A stretch of 61,626 nt of DNA, filler included, from Chiloscyllium plagiosum (lineage: Eukaryota): NCBI RefSeq assembly GCF_004010195.1. It is 4 parts of one record of this genome, joined end to end, with 100 filler letters (N's around TTAATTAATTAA, not from the genome) between each part and the next. Parts side by side here need not be neighbours in the genome. Positions count along the whole stretch, not along the records: positions 27,751 to 53,076 come from NC_057713.1; 3 more parts are not named here. One strand, written 5' to 3'. The position numbers and the translations under genes were made by a program. Below are positions 37,223-45,986 of the stretch, piece by piece. Numbering within the stretch: the first letter of the stretch is position 1; each line of letters opens with the position of its first letter. Under the pieces are notes generated by a model. That model was given only the letters and a program-made list of their open reading frames with translations, ran no database searches and had not been told where the DNA came from.

Positions 37223-38139
37223 NNNNNNNNNNNNNNNNNNNNNNNNNNNNNNNNNNNNNNNNNNNNNNNNNNNNNNNNNNNNNNNNNNNNNNNNNNNNNN
37301 NNNNNNNNNNNNNNNNNNNNNNNNNNNNNNNNNNNNNNNNNNNNNNNNNNNNNNNNNNNNNNNNNNNNNNNNNNNNNNNNNNNNNNNNNNNNNNNNNNNN
37401 NNNNNNNNNNNNNNNNNNNNNNNNNNNNNNNNNNNNNNNNNNNNNNNNNNNNNNNNNNNNNNNNNNNNNNNNNNNNNNNNNNNNNNNNNNNNNNNNNNNN
37501 NNNNNNNNNNNNNNNNNNNNNNNNNNNNNNNNNNNNNNNNNNNNNNNNNNNNNNNNNNNNNNNNNNNNNNNNNNNNNNNNNNNNNNNNNNNNNNNNNNNN
37601 NNNNNNNNNNNNNNNNNNNNNNNNNNNNNNNNNNNNNNNNNNNNNNNNNNNNNNNNNNNNNNNNNNNNNNNNNNNNNNNNNNNNNNNNNNNNNNNNNNNN
37701 NNNNNNNNNNNNNNNNNNNNNNNNNNNNNNNNNNNNNNNNNNNNNNNNNNNNNNNNNNNNNNNNNNNNNNNNNNNNNNNNNNNNNNNNNNNNNNNNNNNN
37801 NNNNNNNNNNNNNNNNNNNNNNNNNNNNNNNNNNNNNNNNNNNNNNNNNNNNNNNNNNNNNNNNNNNNNNNNNNNNNNNNNNNNNNNNNNNNNNNNNNNN
37901 NNNNNNNNNNNNNNNNNNNNNNNNNNNNNNNNNNNNNNNNNNNNNNNNNNNNNNNNNNNNNNNNNNNNNNNNNNNNNNNNNNNNNNNNNNNNNNNNNNNN
38001 NNNNNNNNNNNNNNNNNNNNNNNNNNNNNNNNNNNNNNNNNNNNNNNNNNNNNNNNNNNNNNNNNNNNNNNNNNNNNNNNNNNNNNNNNNNNNNNNNNNN
38101 NNNNNNNNNNNNNNNNNNNNNNNNNNNNNNNNNNNNNNN

Positions 38140-39892
38140 CCTGGGACTGCAGAGCTGTGTCTGTGTCCTCCTCTAGGTCCTTTACATGCGACTGCAACTG
38201 GTGATACAATTTCACTGAGTGTCCTACCCGGGTCCTAAGCTCCCGTAAGACCTCAGCCAAATGTGGGATGGGGGCTTGTTCAGGCTCCTGATATTTCCTG
38301 AGGGTGTCCCTGAATTTATCAGTAGTTTGTATGGACTCGGGGTTCCGTCGTCGGACCTCTGAGATGTGAGCTTGCCAACCGTGACTGGGCGCCTGGGGGT
38401 GAAGCAGAACTCGTGCCAGGGAATCGGGCACTGCAGTCCATTATACCAAAATGAGGTTTCAAGAGTGGAGACACAATATCGTGACCCCCCCTCACCATAC
38501 CCCGCCCTAGTGAAGTGGGGGCCCGTGGGTTCGATTTCAAGGGTGCGGCCCTGTGTCCGGTTGAACCCGCAGTCCGCTTTTTCACTCATTCGTAAGGGGT
38601 GAGGGCAGATGGTAATTGCCTCCCGCGGCTTGCAGCCTGTAAGCGGCACCCCATACACAGCGCCATTTCGAGATATGGCTGTATGGTGAGCTAATCGATA
38701 TTTGAGGGAAGCGTTTTCCCGTGTGACTCCGATGTTCTCAATGTGAAACAGGGGAAATGGCCCCGACTCTGGGGTGACCACGGGGATCAGATGGGCAATC
38801 CCGACTCCTGTCGCCTCACTGACCTCAAAGTCGGGCATCACTGGGTATATCTGGTCATACCCTTCAGAGTCCGGCTGTCGAGCGGCCCGGAGCGTCCCGC
38901 GAGTGAGGCCAGTTTGGCACTGTCGATCCAGTCGGGCACCTCCCCCCTTTGGACCTGGTCAAGATTATCCCGGATCTGGGCTACCATCCACAGGCCATAC
39001 GCATGGCACAGCTGCCCCTCGTTGATATGGGCCGTGTTTTCTCTTTCCCGGTCTATAAGGCNNNNNNNNNNNNNNNNNNNNNNNNNNNNTAGCAGGTCCC
39101 TCATTACCCCTTTTAGTTGCTCGACCTTTTCGTTAAGGCCCTGGATGTCTAGGGAGTTTACTACGGATGTCCCCATGTTGAGTCCTGTGAGAGCATAGTT
39201 GACTATGTCCCGTCTGTGTCGTTGTGTGTGCGTGTTATGTATGTCATTTCGGTAGTGGGTTTGCCCCCATGGCGTCTATGGCCCTCTCTATAACCTCCTT
39301 TCCCATCATGGTGTATAGGTTGCGTACCTGTGCTGTGCAATAGTCCGGTACCCGGATGCCCGATATATTGACCAGCACAGGCACAACCTCGTGTCGGACG
39401 TTGTCATAAAGGGCCTCTCCCTCGTCCCACAATACCAGTCCCCCCGCGGGCCCCGGTCCCAGGGAGGGGCATGGCAATATCTCGGGAGTCGTGGTCGGGG
39501 CGGGTGGAAAGCACAAATACAAAGAGACTACCGCGGCATCAGTAGGCTCGTAATATCCGCATACAGACAAATCCCGTACAGTAAAGGCATCAAAGACCGG
39601 GGCAGAGGAGAGGTCCTCTGGCATGGCACACATTGTCCCGAACATGCAACCCCCCAAGTCCATCGTCTCAGCACGCCGGAGGCAGGTCAGCTGCGGGTTG
39701 CGCTCCGACGTGCAGAATAAACAGAGTGTCTGTACGCCCGGGAGAACTTGCCCTTGCAGGAATATAGATGGCGTTGGACGCGTTGAAGGCAACACTGTGG
39801 CGGTAGAAGTTGTCATATATTTCAGGGAAGGAAGGCACTAGTCGTAGGGCGAAGAGGAGAGCAGGGAGGAGAGCGGTGCACCGGTGAAGCAT
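38140..39892 (-). pseudogene. env: class I fusion glycoprotein with paramyxovirus-F-like F2/F1 layout, ~4 frameshifts
   Basis: Signal peptide MLHRCTALLPALLFALRLVPS; F2-like ..PDYCTAQVRNLYTMMGKEVIERAIDAM; furin site RHRR (39221-39210); DIVNYALTGLNMGTSVVNSLDIQGLNEKVEQLKG (fusion peptide/HR-A); Cys-rich CKPREAITIC; HR-B LAEVLRELRTRV..LQSHVKDLEE. Confidence 0.85.
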
Positions 39893-39895
39893 GAT

Positions 39896-39920
39896 CTGTG
39901 GGAAGAAAGGGAGAGAGGCA
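39896..39920 (-). promoter_or_regulatory. env splice acceptor
   Basis: Minus strand gcctctctccctttcttcccacAG|atcATG: polypyrimidine tract and AG 3 nt before the env ATG. Confidence 0.75.
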
Positions 39921-40132
39921 ACCTTACCAAGGGTGTAGGGTTAGTGTGTGCAGGAGCACGTCTCCCTGGAACCGGTCCACCCGTTGCACTGTAAGGAGAA
40001 AGAGGGGTGGTTNNNNNNNNNNNNNNNNNNNNNNNNNNNNNNNNNNNNNNNNNNNNNNNNNNNNNNNNNNNNNNNNNNNNNNNNNNNNNNNNNNNNNNNN
40101 NNNNNNNNNNNNNNNNNNNNNNNNNNNNNNNN

Positions 40133-40463
40133 CCCTTCGAGCTCATGACGGGGAGGGCCATGCGACTACCAGAGAACGTCATGGTCGGGGGGGGGGGGAA
40201 GACATGGCCCCCCTGAGGGACAGGGTGACGTGCTATATCAGGCAGCTGGACACGCAGCTGCGGGCCCTTAGACAAACTGCGCGCGACCAGCAGGACATTG
40301 TCCTGCTGGTCGCGCGCAGTTTGTCTAAGGGCGGGCCCGCAGCTGCGTGTCCAGCTGCCTGATATAGCACGTCACCCTGTCCCTCAGTGGGGCCATGTCT
40401 TCCCCCCCGACCATGACGTTCTCTAGTAGTCGCATGGCCCTCCCCGTCATGAGCCCGAAGGGG
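40133..40463. repeat. Fold-back palindrome in integrase (~165-bp arms, 1-nt centre at 40298)
   Basis: ..gcgcgaccagcaggaca-t-tgtcctgctggtcgcgc..; arms differ by a few substitutions and indels. Confidence 0.9.
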
Positions 40464-40712
40464 GTGAGGCCAGTGGAGCGGCCCGGGGTGGCCCTCAAGC
40501 GCATCAGTATGCAGGGCAGAACGTCCACCCGGCCCTGCTCTGTTTCGGCGATTGCCTGTGCGATCGCAGCTTTGAGGATCCGGTTCATGCACTCGACCAT
40601 TCCGGAGCTCTGGGGATGGAACGGGACGTGGAAGCGCTGTCTGATGCCTAGGAGGCGGCAGGCCAGTTTCATTGCGCGTCCGGTAAAGTGCATGTCCTGG
40701 TCTGAGTCTAAA
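40299..40712 (-). pseudogene. Retroviral integrase core (second D and E of the D,D-35-E motif) and C-terminal part
   Basis: LDSDQDMHFTG..LGIRQRFHVPFHPQSSGMVECMNRILK..LRATP..TGLTPFGLMTGR; exactly 35 residues between D and E. Confidence 0.92.
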
Positions 40713-42052
40713 CATTTTGAATTGACCTGCAGGGTCCAAGGCTTTTTACAAAGTGAAAGGTTAGGGTTTCTTCTACCCTTTGTGTGAAGAAATGCTTCCT
40801 GACATTATCCTTTTGCTGTCTGGCTTTAATTTTACACAGTCTTGCTCTTGATTCTCCTGCCAGAGGAAATCGTTTCTCTCTGTCTGCCCTTTCAACTCTT
40901 TTAGTTATCTTAAACAATCCAATTAAATCATCACCTTTATTGTATGGAGTATTTGGGTCTAATCAATGTGGAATTCATGCTCAAATTCTAATTGTTCTGT
41001 CACATTTTTGCTAATAGTCTTCCTTTCCAGCATCTTCCTGGACATTATCTCCCCAGCTCAAGTTAAGCAAATCTTGCAGCCTCATTTTAAATCCTTAAAA
41101 ATTTGGCCTTTCCAATTTGAGCATGAGGTTCCATCTGCATTCCTGCAAGGTAAACATAGAAATTTGTTCTTGTTAACTTTGCTATTTGGCTTCCTCTGCG
41201 ATTCTGGCAGATTAACTTGTGAACTTCTGGGATGTCTTCTTGTATCCAGCCAGATAGAAATGGTCATTAGCTAACCTTTAGTTTCCAACTATTGGACTCA
41301 AGTAACTAATTTAAAGCAAAAAAAAACTATAGTCTGGCATTCTCAAACACAATCTACCATTGTCTACAAGTGTGAATACCTTCCCATGAAAACAACTAAG
41401 GGACACCTTTAATCTTAACAATCCAGTTTGCTGTCGGTGAAATTCAAATCTGCCTCTATGTTACCCTAATTTACTGACAGCCCCAAAATGTAACCATCTT
41501 GTAAAAATAATTGTTTGGTAGTACTGAACTTAAAACATGTCTAAAAAGAGACATGAGGTTGAAGCTTTTTGGCTTNNNNNNNNNNNNNNNNNNNNNNNNN
41601 NNNNNNNNNNNNNNNNNNNNNNNNNNNNNNNNNNNNNNNNNNNNNNNNNNNNNNNNNNNNNNNNNNNNNNNNNNNNNNNNNNNNNNNNNNNNNNNNNNNN
41701 NNNNNNNNNNNNNNNNNNNNNNNNNNNNNNNNNNNNNNNNNNNNNNNNNNNNNNNNNNNNNNNNNNNNNNNNNNNNNNNNNNNNNNNNNNNNNNNNNNNN
41801 NNNNNNNNNNNNNNNNNNNNNNNNNNNNNNNNNNNNNNNNNNNNNNNNNNNNNNNNNNNNNNNNNNNNNNNNNNNNNNNNNNNNNNNNNNNNNNNNNNNN
41901 NNNNNNNNNNNNNNNNNNNNNNNNNNNNNNNNNNNNNNNNNNNNNNNNNNNNNNNNNNNNNNNNNNNNNNNNNNNNNNNNNNNNNNNNNNNNNNNNNNNN
42001 NNNNNNNNNNNNNNNNNNNNNNNNNNNNNNNNNNNNNNNNNNNNNNNNNNNN

Positions 42053-42067
42053 CGCACCCCCACCCAT
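42053..42067 (-). CDS. Probable gag start (Met-Gly, myristoylation-type); remainder lost in a gap
   Basis: Minus strand cctaccATGGgt (strong Kozak), MGGGA, at the end of a ~950-nt leader after the PBS. Confidence 0.5.
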
Positions 42068-42961
42068 GGTAGGGGCGCAGCGGGTGTAACTTAACAGAAG
42101 CTACTTTAAAGTAAAGCTAGCAGGCGTGCTAAGGAATGTTGCTGGCACTGGCTTATTAATCTCCCAGTCGGGGAGCCACTCCCTGTAAGTCGAACCCTAG
42201 CCCCGCGGGTCAACCTGGGCAGGGGGGGGATAGTTACAGACGGGGCACGTGTCGATTCCCGAGCGCGCAACCCCGGGTTTCCGTGAGTGTCTCTCTCACC
42301 GCCTGACGTTCAGCGGCCGTGTGTACCCCACAAATACTGGGCGTGAACCAGGGGCCCGAGTGCAAGGGGGTTGCGTGAAGTCAGACCTAAACGCGCCTGA
42401 TCCTACAGAGGCCAATGCTTCGGGACCGCGAGGTCAATGGGCAGAGCGTATAACCGCCGGTTGGCCCAAAGGCCCCGCGTCTCGAGCTGGTTTGGAGGAC
42501 TTCCCTTCTTGTAGCGCGCGTAGACCTCACAGCCTCTACCGCGTACGCAAGGAAGGCACTAAAACCGGGCTCAACGTACAATGGGGTCCCCTAACTCCCG
42601 CTGCAGAGGTCAACCAGGAAGGCTTGTTTGGTCGGTTTTTAAACAGGGGGGTCAATCTGTTGGGGTCTCGTACCTAAAGTCGTCAGCCCAAAGATAGTCC
42701 GTCAGTCACAGTAGCACATTGACAATAAACGACAATAATAGTAATCATGCACACTTTTACTATGTTCCGCGACCCCAATCGCCCACCCGCGAAGGATCAC
42801 TCTCTCTCTCACACACACACTCACACACACACTTTTAAAGAGTACTCCACCGTTACACGACTGCCGGACTCACTCTGTTCACCGGTTCAGATAACGGCCG
42901 GCAGTGAAGTCCCTTGCGGGGCACTGGGAGACTTCTATCCGAGAAGTAAAAGAGTAAAGAT

Positions 42962-43020
42962 ACTCACTCAGCGCCGTCGCAGGGATCCAGTAGCCGTCGT
43001 TAACCAGGACGAAGTCCCCA
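42962..43020 (-). promoter_or_regulatory. ERV PBS (tRNA-Pro-like, imperfect; ~43003-43020) and major splice donor (GTGAGT, 42967-42962)
   Basis: Minus strand ..ctaaca-at-TGGGGACTTCGTCCTGG..gacggcgctga|GTGAGTatc. Confidence 0.65.
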
Positions 43021-43022
43021 AT

Positions 43023-43713
43023 TGTTAGCGCGAATGAAATGAGATCAGTCCGAGCCCAGAGTGCGGTTCAACAATCGGTAACGTGTGCGAATAGGCTGTT
43101 TCCTGCCGTCCCAGGAGAGTTGCAGGGCACGCACAATAGGGTGCTAATTGGTTTATGTAAAACCGGTCCGGGTATTATCTGCTTGTCTCTCTCTGTGAGG
43201 GCAGGGGCTAGCACCCCCCTTTGTTCCCTTGGGGTGTTGGTGTGTATTGGTCTGTCCGTACCTGTCTGGTGGATGTCTGTCCTTTGTGTCAGGATGGCTC
43301 TGTATCGATGGGTATGTGTGTGTTTCAGTCAGTCTCTTGATGTGATTAGGAGATGGGTTTCCATATTTAATTAATCCCGGAGTTTTGGCCCATGAGTCAT
43401 GGGTAATGATGGTCTAATGTGGATTCTATCTGTCCTCTGTCTCCTATCTCCCAGTCACGTGGGCAGACCGGCAGCTGCTGAGTTTTTGTGGGTTTCAAGC
43501 TGCGACTGCTGTCTAAAACACAAAAATGAATTCTTATCATTTCCTGATGTAGGCATAGTCCCGTGGCAAATGCGGGGTGGCTCTGATGCCCGCTTGCAAT
43601 AGAATAATAAATTAATTTCCTTTTACTCATTTTGTCAGCTGCATCCATGATCCACTTGTCACGCATTAAGAATTGTACGTTTTCTGTTCTGCATTGTTAA
43701 AATTACTAAAACA
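43023..43713 (-). repeat. ERV 5' LTR (outer boundary uncertain: 43520 or 43713)
   Basis: The inner end reads ..GCTAACA on the minus strand, 2 nt before the PBS; two candidate outer ends both read ctaaaaca on +. No second LTR is visible to confirm. Confidence 0.6.
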
Positions 43714-44030
43714 TTTTTCGGGTGAGGCTTGTGAATCTTTAGAATTCCCTTTCTCAAAAGGTAGTGGATACAGAATGCTTAAACAATTTTGAGGCAGGGA
43801 TAGATAGATTCATGAATACCAAAGGTATGAATGGTTATTGGGATGTGCAGGAACATGGAGCTGAGATTAACGTCAGATCAGGCATGCAGGATAGAAAGGC
43901 GGGGTAGCCTCGTGGTACAATGAATGGGATTTCTAATGGTCATATTCATGTAATGAATATTCTGTGCAGAATTCCTATTATACAAAATATGACATATAAA
44001 TGTTTCCTTTTTATGTTACTATTTGCTAAG

Positions 44031-44139
44031 GTGTGCTGGCTCAGGAATCAAATAATGTTATTCCATTTGGCAAGAGCTATATTCCTGCTTCGTATGTGAA
44101 GATACTAGAATCTGCTGGGGCAAGAGTGGCACCCATAAG
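44031..44139 (+). CDS. GGH: Gamma-glutamyl hydrolase, coding exon 2
   Basis: ctaag|GT..AG|gtgggt; 109 nt, phase 1/2; (G)VLAQESNNVIPFGKSYIPASYVKILESAGARVAPI, the GGH SYIxASYVKxLESAGARV signature. Confidence 0.97.
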
Positions 44140-44499
44140 GTGGGTTTGGACCTGTGCTGATTCACACTTTATCCAACACAGAACTCATTTCTTTGTAAGT
44201 GATTGAGGTTTATTAGAACTGTTTACCTGCAGTAGGAACACTGGGTCAGAATTCCTGTTAGACTTACTCTGCAACCAGAATTTCCCTACAACTTGCCCAT
44301 CACCAGAACTGGGCTGACCACAAGGAACCTCCCCTCAAGCCCCTGCAGTGGGCTTCCTGCAGAGTTAAGGCTCGCACCATTGTGCCTCCTCTCCCATTCC
44401 CCTCAGTCAGGCCTGCTACACTGCCCCTACCAAATCCTCCTCTTCCCCTCCCCCACCCAACAATGGTTATCAGCGATGTGAGGCCATGACAACTTATTG

Positions 44500-44822
44500 A
44501 TATTATCAGTGGACAATGACCCAGGTAATGTTCTGGGGACCTGGGTTCGAATCCAACCATGGCAGGTGATGGAATTTGAATTCAGTAAAAATTCTGGAAT
44601 TAAGAATCCAATGATGAACATGGAACCATTGTTCATTGTTGGAAAAACACATTTGTTTTGACTAATGTCCTTTAGGGAAGGAAACAGCCAACCATACCTG
44701 GTCTCGCCTACGTGTGACTCCAGACCCCCAATAATTTGGTTGACTCCTAACTGCCCTCTGGGCAGCTAGGGATGGGCAATAAATGCTGTCCTAGCCAATG
44801 AATTCCACATCCTGTGAATACA
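44500..44822 (+). mobile_element. Second family of tRNA-derived SINE / LINE-tail repeat
   Basis: B-box-like gggttcgaatcc followed by a repeat body ending gggatgggcaataaatgct..catcctgtgaat. Confidence 0.6.
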
Positions 44823-45829
44823 TTTTTTAAAAAGGCTGCAATTTCAGCCGTGTCCAATTTTCAGAGACCACATTCCCCTTCATATAGGGGCAGAACTCTG
44901 GCCTTTACTGATGACCCAATAACCATAAAATCAGCTTGGCACTTGCTTGCCCTTTAACCTTAAGCACTCTTCTCTGATATTTCAGCTTGAGAGTGGGGCC
45001 ACTACCTTTACATTAAACTCTGGCCTTGCCACTCAAAGCTGGAACTTACGGACTGGAATTCTTCATCAATAACGTTTTCTTCTTTGTTCTCCCCTTTCCT
45101 CACAAGGTGGAGACACGGTGGTCATTGTTATTGATGACCCTTCTCCAGTCCCCATGGAGATTGATGCATAGTATTTCTTCAAGTCTTCTGCCATTTCCTG
45201 AAACCCTATTATTTCCCCAGTCTTGTTCTTTCAAGGGGCTATGTTCCCAATTGCCTCTCTTACTACTTATATTTTTAAAGAAGCTCTTTCTGTCCATGTT
45301 TATGTCACTGGCTAAGTTGATCCCATAATTCATTTTATTTTGGGCCATCTTTTGTTGGCTTCTAAAGCTTTCCCAATCATCTGGTTGACCACTCCTCCCC
45401 TTTACAATATTGCATGTTTCTTTCAGTTTGATACTGTCCTTAATTTCCCAGATTAACCTTGGTTAGTTTATCCTCTTAGTGGAATCTTCCTTCCTCACTG
45501 AGACGTATCGTTGCTATGAATCATGAGCTATTTCTTTGACTGTCTGCCATTGTTTATCAACTATCTTTTCTGTTAAGCTCCTTTCCTAGCCCATTCCAGT
45601 AACTCTACCCATGTGCCCATGTAATTGCGCTTATTAGGTTTAGCACAGTTGTTTCTGACCTAAATTTCCCAATCTCTAATTGAATGCTAAATTCTACCTT
45701 GTTGTTGTCACTGTTTCCTAGGGAATCTTTTAATCTGAAATCATTTATTCAATGTGTCTTTTTACGCATTGCTAGCTCCCAAATATTTTGACTTTTGCTT
45801 GGATCCACAACAGGCTATTCTGGGAACAA

Positions 45830-45971
45830 GGTCGAGAGTGTGGTGCTGGAAAAGCACAGCAGATCAGACAGCATCCGAGGAGCAGGAGAATTGACATTTC
45901 GGGCATAAGCCCTTCCTGATGAAGGGCTTATGTCAAAACTGATCTCCAGCATCTGCATTCCTCACTTTCTC
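45830..45971. mobile_element. Short Penelope-like hairpin element with 15-bp TSD
   Basis: ctattctgggaacaa at 45815-45829 and 45972-45986; internal inverted gggcataagcccttc-ctgat-gaagggcttatg. Confidence 0.75.
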
Positions 45972-45986
45972 CTATTCTGGGAACAA

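Larger units (their letters stand above)
38140..43713 (-). mobile_element. Endogenous retrovirus (lokiretrovirus-like), fragmented by gaps, antisense in GGH intron 1
   Basis: LTR end ..GCTAACA + PBS, splice donor, gag ATG, retroviral integrase, splice acceptor and env, collinear on the minus strand; GC/CpG-rich relative to flanks; the 3' end runs into gap 37223-38139. Confidence 0.85.

Noticed and set aside
36792..38431. Long ORFs (470, 461, 320 aa) and similar ones at 25231-26091 and 41471-42094
   Set aside because: Their length comes from N runs read as X; only the env HR-B part, GGH exon 1 and the gag start are meaningful.
42249..42677. 142-aa plus-strand ORF and 64-aa minus-strand ORF in the ERV leader as accessory genes
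   Set aside because: Non-ATG starts, no recognisable motifs, and expected by chance in GC-rich sequence; would need conservation across copies.
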